Below, one piece after another: positions 55,628-63,597 of a DNA stretch of 64,000 nucleotides. Both the position numbers and the translations under genes were made by a program. Under the pieces are notes generated by a model. The model had not been told where the DNA came from and made no database searches. It worked only from the letters and a program-made list of their open reading frames with translations. The number at the start of each line of letters is the position of its first letter. The first letter of the stretch is position 1. Source of the DNA: Cyclobacterium sp. (GTDB lineage Bacteria; Bacteroidota; Bacteroidia; Cytophagales; Cyclobacteriaceae); contig NZ_JABURL010000049.1 in assembly GCF_014762705.1 (NCBI RefSeq), positions 621-64,620 on the forward strand, in the 5' to 3' direction.

Positions 55628-57912
55628 TTTTCATCAAGTTTTGGAAGCTCTATTCTTATTGTCGTATTACACCCGTTAGAAGGATTATCTACCAAGACAT
55701 CCCCCCCGTATCCTTCAACTATATCTTTAATTATTTTGAGTCCTAAACCTGTTCCTGTTAATTCTTCAATTTCGTTGGAGGACTTTCCTGTTGGAGGACT
55801 TGTTGTGAAGAAAGCTTCGAAAACATGTTCACGATCTTTCTCTGGTATTCCTATTCCATTATCTGAAAAAGTGAAAAATATTTTACCGTTTTCAATGCCT
55901 CCTTCAATATAAATAATTCCCTTACGTCCTGTTTTTGAAATGGCTTTCTTAGAGTTAGTATACAGATTAAATAGTATTGATGACCATTCAGATTTATGCA
56001 TAGGACAAGTAAACAGGTTGTAGCCTTTGAACTCATACTTTAGTTCTATACCATTTCTAAGCAAATCAGGAGTAATAGCATTTTCAAAATCAAATACAAC
56101 ATCTCTTATTTCAATTGGCTCTAATTCTCTATTGATGTTATTTGATATTGCCTCTTTGAAGTAAGAAGTGTACACTGTTAGAGACTCAAGGTTCTTACTT
56201 AGTCTTAATCCAGCTTTTTTCCCATCTTCAGATTCAATTAGCGATAATAAAAATTCGGTATCATATTTAAATGCCGGTTCATAATGACCGATTTCATGTA
56301 CGAACTCCCCAATTGTCAACCCAAGCCCAGCCAATATTCTTAACAATTGAATTTCTCTCAGTAATTCCTGTTTATCTCTTTCAGCTTGCGACTGTTCCTC
56401 CTGCTGTGTTTCTTGATATTCATTTAGCTTTTGATCCACGGATTTCAACTTAACCGAGATATTTCCTTCACTATCTTTTGAAACGCTATCGAAAATTTGG
56501 CTGTCGGCTGTCTCTATCAATTCGCTGACATCCTTTTTAACATCTTGTAATAATTCTTTGGAAGACTTCTTTTCCCATTCTTTTTGACCCGCAGTTCCTT
56601 TTCTCTCCCTGATATGAGAAATTTTAATGGTCATATCTGTAAGTGCCTTGTAGACAAAATCTTGTAATTCTCCTAAGGATTGATTTATTAATAATCCTTC
56701 CCTACTCGATTGCTCCTGAAACATTTCACCTTTTGGGTCAACAACCTCAACAAATCCAAAGAAGTTGATATTACCGTGTGGAGTTATCAATGAATTTCGT
56801 CTTACCGATGCGTCTAGCCCAATCCAATCATCATCTTTTTGCCCATAAGGTGGTACTCTGAATCCATTTCGGTAAAGCTTAATTCCTCCATTTTTCCGAG
56901 CATTTCCGAGTATGTATGAGTTAACTGATTTTGGTAAATAGGAAGATTTGTTCGAGTTATAAATAAAGTAATGAGCCTTTAAATGGATGTTTTTAAGAGA
57001 TTCAAATGGGGTTTCTCTTTCTGATTTACCTATGAGATAAACTTCCTCGGCAATATTTAATTTATCACTGCTAAATCCGTAATATCCTTGACCATTTTCG
57101 TCTACGTACGCCTCAATGTCAGCAAGTGCATGCTGGAAAAATTCACTTTGATCATCAATTATCAATTCACCGTTTCTAAATATTGACACAAGGAATCCAG
57201 AATCATTTTCACTTTTTGAAAGTCTTTCGGATAGTGGATATGGTTGTAGCAACTCAGAAACATATCTAAATGATCTTCTAAGCATCGCTTCTGACCAACC
57301 ATCTCGTACTTTTTCAATAATTAGGGTTGTGCCTTCATCTTTTTGTTTTTGAATCTCTTTAACTTGATTTGAAATTAAAATCAGGTTGCTATCCATCTCG
57401 TATTGATTCCAATTAACAACCAATTTAAGAGCCATATTTGACTCCTTGGTCTGTGTGATAATTGTTAGTACCTCGCCAATTCTCTGTGTAGCAAATCGAC
57501 CTATTCCCTTCTGTCCAGCCCTGACTCGATTAAATTTTGGAGATTTTGGATTATGGATTTTATCACTCGATGAGATGGTCATGAAACCTTTGACAAGTTG
57601 ATCACGAGTCATACCATGTCCATCATCTTCAATTGTTAATTTTCCACCAGGTGTGAAACAATTCTCGAAGTACAAATCCACCTTTGTTGCATCAGCATCA
57701 TAAGCATTTTTGACTAATTCAGCGACTGCCGTTTCATGACGACCAACTAATTCGCGACCCAGCCGATTAATTACCCCAGCATCTACTGAGAATCTAATAT
57801 TTTGATTATCAAATGAGGAGAGTAAGGAGGAGAGTTCTAAAATCCTATTATAATTATTAGGCTCCTTTTGAAGTGTGTCCTCCAGAAGTTTCCTTACTTC
57901 AACCTCAGTCAT
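55624..57912 (-). CDS. cytoplasmic fusion of a MORC/MutL-type GHKL ATPase and a histidine-kinase core (DHp + CA)
   Basis: N-terminal half: AELVKNAYDADATKV, IEDDGHGMT and GQKGIGRFA (Bergerat fold, HATPase_c_3-like). Middle: coiled coil followed by an H-box, GEFVHEIGHYEP. C-terminal half: NLYTNSKKA, SDNGIGIP, VFEAFFTT and GTGLGLKI (N, G1, F and G2 boxes). No TM helix. The start at 57912 overlaps the HTH stop by 8 nt. Confidence 0.7.
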   Translation of the reverse strand: MTEVEVRKLLEDTLQKEPNNYNRILELSSLLSSFDNQNIRFSVDAGVINRLGRELVGRHETAVAELVKNAYDADATKVDLYFENCFTPGGKLTIEDDGHGMTRDQLVKGFMTISSSDKIHNPKSPKFNRVRAGQKGIGRFATQRIGEVLTIITQTKESNMALKLVVNWNQYEMDSNLILISNQVKEIQKQKDEGTTLIIEKVRDGWSEAMLRRSFRYVSELLQPYPLSERLSKSENDSGFLVSIFRNGELIIDDQSEFFQHALADIEAYVDENGQGYYGFSSDKLNIAEEVYLIGKSERETPFESLKNIHLKAHYFIYNSNKSSYLPKSVNSYILGNARKNGGIKLYRNGFRVPPYGQKDDDWIGLDASVRRNSLITPHGNINFFGFVEVVDPKGEMFQEQSSREGLLINQSLGELQDFVYKALTDMTIKISHIRERKGTAGQKEWEKKSSKELLQDVKKDVSELIETADSQIFDSVSKDSEGNISVKLKSVDQKLNEYQETQQEEQSQAERDKQELLREIQLLRILAGLGLTIGEFVHEIGHYEPAFKYDTEFLLSLIESEDGKKAGLRLSKNLESLTVYTSYFKEAISNNINRELEPIEIRDVVFDFENAITPDLLRNGIELKYEFKGYNLFTCPMHKSEWSSILFNLYTNSKKAISKTGRKGIIYIEGGIENGKIFFTFSDNGIGIPEKDREHVFEAFFTTSPPTGKSSNEIEELTGTGLGLKIIKDIVEGYGGDVLVDNPSNGCNTTIRIELPKLDEK

Positions 57913-58114
57913 TTGAATTAACTTTATTTGAAACAATTAATTCCTTGACATCTAAATCAAGTATATCAGCAATCGTATTCAAGTCTTCGAGAATAGGTTG
58001 GCTTCTATTCTGAACATATGAATTCGTAATGGTATAGCTCTTTCCAAGCTTTTCCGACAGCCACGTTTGCGTGATTCCTTTTTCTTCAAGAACAGCTTTT
58101 ATTCGATTCATCAT
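57905..58114 (-). CDS. XRE family helix-turn-helix transcriptional regulator
   Basis: The 69-aa sequence IKAVLEEKGITQTWLSEKLGKSYTITNSYVQN.SQP is the classic Cro/C1 HTH. It is the first gene of the operon. Confidence 0.85.
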   Translation of the reverse strand: MMNRIKAVLEEKGITQTWLSEKLGKSYTITNSYVQNRSQPILEDLNTIADILDLDVKELIVSNKVNSND

Positions 58115-58153
58115 CGTTAAATTTAAAAAGATTGGAAGTTAGTAATATTGTAT

Positions 58154-58163
58154 AGATATATCT
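58154..58163. promoter_or_regulatory. perfect 10-bp palindrome AGATATATCT upstream of the XRE gene (candidate operator)
   Basis: It lies 40-49 nt upstream of the XRE start codon in the AT-rich leader. The operator function is inferred only. Confidence 0.25.
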
Positions 58164-58630
58164 TAAATTTCACGATGTTTTTGATTTGTTAGACTGATTA
58201 ATTAGTGCTTGAAAAGCCGCACACATCTGCCATTCTCACTACCCTTCTCCTGCAGAAAATGCCGAAAAAGTGCACCCTTTTTCTTAGAAAAATTTAATCA
58301 TTTTTAATTGATGTTAAAAGGCCAACACCAAACTATTAATTCCGCTCTTTACTAAAGCAAATTAACATTAAGCAGACCAAAATACAGAAATTATAGGAAT
58401 TTGCAATCGTGCGGATAACAAAGAATAAATTAACCAATTAGTTCTATTAAAGTAAAAATCCGTAAAAAGGGGTATTTAACCGGATTTTGGCGGCAAAGTT
58501 GCTTTGGTCGCAATAATACTAACAAAATTCATATAGTAAGAATTTGAAATCGGGTTTAACTTTAAATAGTACCGGATTTTTTTTAAATTCGTTTATATTT
58601 ACAAAAATCTAATGCTGTGCCTTCTAAATC

Positions 58631-59863
58631 TTACTCCCACCCCTTCACCTCACTACTCCTTCGATTGCCCGATTCATCTATCCAGTAGATATACCATAAA
58701 TTAGCTTTTGCAGGTATGCTTACACGGCCTTTGGTTTGTTCCAGCGGTACGATTTTCCACTCCCTTTCCGGACTCCGTTTGTCCTCTGTGGTGTATGCAA
58801 GGTAAACGTCTTTCGGAGAAGGAGCAATCGAATACCTGGCCTGACTCCCCTTTTGTTTCAGCTTAATTGAACTAATAAAATCGGTTTTATTTTCCAGTTG
58901 GGTACTGATAAAACGGTAAATCTCCCCGGGTTCTGCTCCGTGTAAATGGCTATGTTTCAGTTCCGGTATCATGGAATACTGTGCATTTCTGGCCAGATTG
59001 GCTGTTTTTTGCCAATTTTCAACGAAATAGGCAAAATCATTGGTACCATTAACAAAAAGCATGGGTACGGTTGCATTGGCCACATAACTGGAAGGATCCC
59101 AAAGTTCGACCCAGCGCTGGGTAGCATCAGCTCCCAAGGAATCAAACTGATTGTCCCAGGCACTACCTTCGTGAAGATAGCCAGCGCCATACACAGGCAC
59201 GGCAGCGCTAAATCGGTGATCTACTCCTGCTACCAGATTGGTCAGGTATCCGCCCCAGCTGATGCCAGTGATGGCTGTCTTATGCGGGTTTACTTCTGGA
59301 AAGGAACGGATCAGGGAATGCGCACGGATAATATTCGATACGGAATGGAATTGCCACTGCGCGTTAAAATCCTCATCCAATCGGAAAAACTTGTGCCCAT
59401 CGTCCTGTTTAGGTCCTCCGGCCTCGAGTCGGGTACCTTTGGAACCCCAGGGGTTGTCCTGCTGATTGCTGGGTATATTTCCGCTCAGGTCCATGGCGAT
59501 AGCGGCATATCCCCTTTCGGCCCATTCCTGCGCCCATATTCGGAAGGCCGTCCCTCCCCCACCATGAACCAGTACGATGCCCGGAAACTCCCCGGTCTCT
59601 GTATTTTGTTCACCCAATGTTGCCGGACTGGCATAATAGGCAAATACCTCCGTCACCTTTCCTTCATAAACCTCACCGGTATAGATCAGTGATCGGACCG
59701 GTGAGGTTTGATTGATCCATTTAAATTCTGGTGCTTCCGATAATTTCTCCAAATCCCAGGGAATACGTCCCTCCAATGCCGGTGGTAAGGAAAGCCCGGT
59801 TTGGGCAGTGACCAGGCCTTGTAAAAGAAAGAGAGCTAAGCAGATCTGAATCAGTTTTTTCAT
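58631..59863 (-). CDS. secreted alpha/beta hydrolase (acetylxylan esterase / dienelactone hydrolase-like), copy B
   Basis: Same motifs as copy A. The signal peptide and C-terminal third have diverged, and the central part is identical. Confidence 0.75.
   Translation of the reverse strand: MKKLIQICLALFLLQGLVTAQTGLSLPPALEGRIPWDLEKLSEAPEFKWINQTSPVRSLIYTGEVYEGKVTEVFAYYASPATLGEQNTETGEFPGIVLVHGGGGTAFRIWAQEWAERGYAAIAMDLSGNIPSNQQDNPWGSKGTRLEAGGPKQDDGHKFFRLDEDFNAQWQFHSVSNIIRAHSLIRSFPEVNPHKTAITGISWGGYLTNLVAGVDHRFSAAVPVYGAGYLHEGSAWDNQFDSLGADATQRWVELWDPSSYVANATVPMLFVNGTNDFAYFVENWQKTANLARNAQYSMIPELKHSHLHGAEPGEIYRFISTQLENKTDFISSIKLKQKGSQARYSIAPSPKDVYLAYTTEDKRSPEREWKIVPLEQTKGRVSIPAKANLWYIYWIDESGNRRSSEVKGWE
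58882..59528. repeat. 647-bp block 100% identical to 49673..50319
   Basis: See the partner repeat at 49673..50319. Weaker homology extends from about 58409 to about 59900 (partner about 49200 to about 50700). Confidence 0.9.
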
Positions 59864-59942
59864 ATTTCGAATCTATATTTCAATTCTTAATTATTGGTTG
59901 AAAAAGCGACTTGAGTAACTTCTTTAATTGAGTGAGGCGAAT

Positions 59943-60467
59943 TCACTCATCTTCCCCCTCACCTAACCCACTCAAAAAGTCATCTATTGATTTGGTGTTT
60001 CTTCTTTTCTCCTCAGGGGTCATATTCTTATATTTCGCCATAGTCTTGTTCAGCTCTTCAAGTTGCGCTGCTATTTCCTCCTGGTCAAAAGAGAAAAATG
60101 TCATTTCATACAGGCAATGGGCAATGATTTCCAATTCCGTAAACTCCTTAAATGCACGCTCATCCACCTTCATGCCAAGCCAACTGTTCCAGGGAGTAAA
60201 TTCAAGGGCCAATCCATCGTTTCCAGATAACGGATCCACGCTTCCATCAGCGTGGTACCCATCTACATCCACATAATTTTCATCTTCTTCCCTGATTTCA
60301 ATCAGCCGGATGACAATATCGCTGGAAGGATCAGGTTTCATTTCCATTAGCTGGTTGAACACCTCTCTATATGCATCGATCTGCTCTTCCTGATCTGGAT
60401 ATAGCCTATTTAATTCTGTTTCAATGCTTAGCCAGTGTTGCCTTCGGATCAATTCGTGAAATGTCAT
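59943..60467 (-). CDS. hypothetical acidic cytoplasmic protein
   Basis: 174-aa coding-like ORF with no motif I recognise. Confidence 0.5.
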   Translation of the reverse strand: MTFHELIRRQHWLSIETELNRLYPDQEEQIDAYREVFNQLMEMKPDPSSDIVIRLIEIREEDENYVDVDGYHADGSVDPLSGNDGLALEFTPWNSWLGMKVDERAFKEFTELEIIAHCLYEMTFFSFDQEEIAAQLEELNKTMAKYKNMTPEEKRRNTKSIDDFLSGLGEGEDE

Positions 60468-60542
60468 GGTTGGGTTATTTTAAGGTTGTGTCTTCTTGTT
60501 TTATATTATTCTGACTCCCCTCCATTTTTCCACCTACTCTAA

Positions 60543-60607
60543 CCCCCCCTACTGTTTTAGGAGGTGGCTCGGGGGGTGGTTAATTGGGCTCGGGAGGTAG
60601 AAACACT
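60543..60607. repeat. ~63-bp direct repeat, copy 1 (degenerate CCCCCTCCTGTTTTAGGAGGGGG hairpin core plus a GGTGGTTAATTGGGCTCGGGAGGTAGAAACACT tail)
   Basis: Near-identical to 61284..61345. The 40-nt tail is identical, and the core has a few mismatches and a 1-nt indel. Confidence 0.85.
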
Positions 60608-60648
60608 ACCGTCTGGCGGTTCATCATCCTTTTGACCAACGGGCGATT

Positions 60649-61008
60649 TTATCGTTCCAAATACTCCCCTATCACCCTTAACACCCCTAAGATATCTTCC
60701 CTCACCTCCCTATTCTCAAAGCGCAACACCCGGATACCACATAATGTAAGGGCGGAATCCCTTTCCAAATCTGATTGATGTCCTTCTTGCGTATAATGTG
60801 GTGACCCGTCCAGCTCCACGGCAAGTTTCTCCTCCGGACAGTAAAAATCCAAGATAAAATCCCCGTAGCTGTGCTGCCTCCTAAACTTCTTACCCTTTAG
60901 ACGCCTTCCTTTTAATTGTAGCCAAAGTAGCTGTTCCTCTTTCGTGGAATTGTTACGCAGGTCTTTTCGGGTTTCTTTTAGTGATTTTTTATTGTTGAGT
61001 CTTGCCAT
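60649..61008 (-). CDS. DUF559 (Vsr-like) endonuclease domain protein
   Basis: EEQLLWLQLKGRRLKGKKFRRQHSYGDFILDFYCPEEKLAVELDG..H is the DUF559 signature. I prefer the ATG at 61008 (MARLNNKK). Confidence 0.8.
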   Translation of the reverse strand: MARLNNKKSLKETRKDLRNNSTKEEQLLWLQLKGRRLKGKKFRRQHSYGDFILDFYCPEEKLAVELDGSPHYTQEGHQSDLERDSALTLCGIRVLRFENREVREDILGVLRVIGEYLER

Positions 61009-61083
61009 GGCTGAAAAAAGAATTGAATTTTCTTTATTAAATTTTATTAATCCTCCCCTCCATGTTTCCACCACCCCCTTATT

Positions 61084-61106
61084 CCCCCTCCTAAAACAGG
61101 AGGGGG
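61084..61106. repeat. inverted copy of the 23-bp hairpin core (CCCCCTCCTAAAACAGGAGGGGG)
   Basis: Exact reverse complement of 61284..61306. It lies just upstream of the DUF559 gene. Confidence 0.85.
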
Positions 61107-61283
61107 CGAGAGAGAGCCTATTTTATCCTGAGAAGTGCGAAAATCACCTATTCCCAAGATACTAATATTCCGATTTATTTTCTATATCCCCATTTTGCCA
61201 TTTTGGACGGTTCTTTTATAATCTCTTTTCACCTCACCTACCACCGTGGCTTAAAGAATACCACTATTTTAAAACAACTAACT

Positions 61284-61345
61284 CCCCCTCCTGTTTTAGG
61301 AGGGGGCTCGGGGGTGGTTAATTGGGCTCGGGAGGTAGAAACACT
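61284..61345. repeat. ~63-bp direct repeat, copy 2
   Basis: CCCCCTCCTGTTTTAGGAGGGGGCTCGGGGGTGGTTAATTGGGCTCGGGAGGTAGAAACACT; see copy 1. Confidence 0.85.
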
Positions 61346-61427
61346 TTGTCCTTGTTACCAGTCTTAGACGATCACTCATAGTTGATTTGTTACCAAATGC
61401 CTCCAAAAAGGCATACGGAAATTCAAG

Positions 61428-62300
61428 TTAAAAATCTAACCGCAATACCATCTCTGCAATGCCTTCACTTGTCGCATACACCACACCTTGCTGATGCATA
61501 AACGTAGTTTCCGGCATATTGAGATGTATTCTTTCACCTTTCATAGTCGAGACCGGAAGGCCCAGTTCTTCAAAAATCAACCTTGTGGCCGCAAAATCCC
61601 AGATGCTGCCGCCTCCTTTTTCCTTCCTGGGAAATTTATAGTAACAGGCATGCTTGTGTGACAACACACCCAGGGCGTTCCGGACCGCACCAAAACCCAC
61701 ATGGTAAACCACATCCTTATAGTTTTGGGCATCGGCCCATTGCTTTGTCCGGTCTTTTAATGCCTCAAAATATCCGGCCGACTGCAGGCTTCTGTCCATA
61801 TAGATATGGAAGACGTTATCATCGCTCGAATTTCCTAATTTAAAAGGCTGACCATTCCCGGCTACACCTTCTCCTTTAATGACACTGTAACAAAAATCCT
61901 CATCAGGTATATAGACTACGCCGATCACCGGATCCCCGGATTGGGAAATAAGCGCAATAGAAACAGAATATCCCGCACGCTGCTCCGTAAAGGGCAAGGT
62001 ACCATCCAGGGGATCAATACACCAGAAATAGTCGGTATGTAAGCGGGATTGATCATCGGCGGCTTCTTCTGTCAGTAAGCCCAGATGGTATTGGGCAATA
62101 CCTGGCTTCAAATGCTTTAAAATAATTTCCTGCGCCTTAAAATCGACCTCAGTCACTACCTGCGAAGCCAACGAATAGCCCCCCTCCTTTTCATGTTGTT
62201 GATAGGATTGATCTACTTGCGATTGAATCAATTTCCCCGCTGCTGTGCTTGCTTTGATCGCGCTTTCGCAAAGTGTGATAAGGGTGTTTTTTGTAAGCAT
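61428..62300 (-). CDS. inositol monophosphatase family protein
   Basis: LTEE metal site and the WCIDPLDGT motif, characteristic of the IMPase/CysQ superfamily. Confidence 0.8.
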   Translation of the reverse strand: MLTKNTLITLCESAIKASTAAGKLIQSQVDQSYQQHEKEGGYSLASQVVTEVDFKAQEIILKHLKPGIAQYHLGLLTEEAADDQSRLHTDYFWCIDPLDGTLPFTEQRAGYSVSIALISQSGDPVIGVVYIPDEDFCYSVIKGEGVAGNGQPFKLGNSSDDNVFHIYMDRSLQSAGYFEALKDRTKQWADAQNYKDVVYHVGFGAVRNALGVLSHKHACYYKFPRKEKGGGSIWDFAATRLIFEELGLPVSTMKGERIHLNMPETTFMHQQGVVYATSEGIAEMVLRLDF

Positions 62301-63272
62301 TTAAACGTGATTTAGTTCTTCCAATACGGACTGCGTAAGTCGCCTGCTATAGCCATGCAGCTTCCAATGACCGGCACTCCAGCCATCCAGGAAGCGGTAC
62401 AGATCGGCCCAGGCGAATTTGTAGAGCTCCGTCCACTCCTGCTTAAGCAATTGAAAATCAATATGGTTATCCATAGTCATTTCAAGTGCATTAAAATAGT
62501 GGTTCAGCAGTTCCCCTGCATACGCTTCGCAGGCTTCTTCGGAAAAGCAACTGCTGATAAAGTAGGCAACATCCTTAATGCCACAGCCCTTGCCAACATA
62601 TTGAAAATCCACCGCTGCCACCTGATCTTCCGGGCCGAAACAGAAATTGGCCAGCTTGGCATCTCCATGTACCAGGGTCTGAAAAGCAGCTTCATTGAGC
62701 CTTTGATCGATAGCCGAAGCTGCCTGCTGCAGGGGTAAATGATTCATTTTCGCCCACTCATCGGGACGGGTTTCCAGGTGCCAATAGGTTCCCATTTCCC
62801 AAAGGCCTTTGGGCGGTACCTGTATAAATTTGGCATGGAAACGGGCCAGCCAGGTCAGGCAGTTTTTGGCAGCTGCCAGTGATACCGTCTCCGGTACCAG
62901 TCGGACAGGAAATCCTAAGGCATTGAGGTCTTCCATAATCAGTAAACGCATGCTTTCCTTCGTTTCAGCATGCAACAACTGAGGCACCTTACAATCCGGG
63001 CCCGTTAACCGGGCATAATGTTGGTACCAGTAGCTTTCCACGGCGTAGGATTTGATTTTTCGCTGATGGGACAAATCGGTATTCCAGCCCCGCGGATGGT
63101 TGCCGTCCTTGGGGAGTACTATATGCTTGACAATTACAGAAGGATATGCCCCTCCTTCCAAGGTATAGCGCTTAATGGATCCATATCCACTCCATAAGCT
63201 TTGCACCTCTTCGCTGCCTTTGATCGTCCTGGCCCGCGTAACGTGAAGAATTTGAGTGTCTATTGCGCGCAT
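62301..63272 (-). CDS. phosphotransferase (aminoglycoside/choline/ecdysteroid kinase-like fold)
   Basis: LVHGDAKLANFCF (HGD....N Brenner motif) and a downstream DFQY metal-binding motif. It abuts the IMPase gene with no gap. The ATG at 63272 is preferred. Confidence 0.7.
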   Translation of the reverse strand: MRAIDTQILHVTRARTIKGSEEVQSLWSGYGSIKRYTLEGGAYPSVIVKHIVLPKDGNHPRGWNTDLSHQRKIKSYAVESYWYQHYARLTGPDCKVPQLLHAETKESMRLLIMEDLNALGFPVRLVPETVSLAAAKNCLTWLARFHAKFIQVPPKGLWEMGTYWHLETRPDEWAKMNHLPLQQAASAIDQRLNEAAFQTLVHGDAKLANFCFGPEDQVAAVDFQYVGKGCGIKDVAYFISSCFSEEACEAYAGELLNHYFNALEMTMDNHIDFQLLKQEWTELYKFAWADLYRFLDGWSAGHWKLHGYSRRLTQSVLEELNHV

Positions 63273-63597
63273 GGAGGAAGTTTGCCTTTCTAGTTTTGTT
63301 GACTTAAATGCGAAGATCACTAATTAACCCTGCGAATCGAAAATAAATTTACCAAAATTCTACGCTTTTTCAGGTACTGTTCTCTGGAATCTGACCAATC
63401 TACAAAATCCCTCTTGCATCGATCGGGGCTGGCTTTCGCCCCTCAATTATATGGCTTTGGCAAGAACTTTATAGGTATAGCTCGTGGGAAACATTTGAAA
63501 TTTTTTACGTTATCCGCCTATCCAATCGCATCCGAATCCCCCTTTTAGGGGGCGAGGGGGATTTCAACGAGAACTTTAATATTTTATCTCAACAGCC

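Larger units (their letters stand above)
50658..58408. other. AT-rich accessory island between the duplicated hydrolase genes (no recombinase recognised)
   Basis: Spot counts of 60-nt lines give about 30-37% GC inside (for example 51001, 52501) versus about 45% in backbone lines (20001, 50101). All island genes are on the minus strand. Confidence 0.65.
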
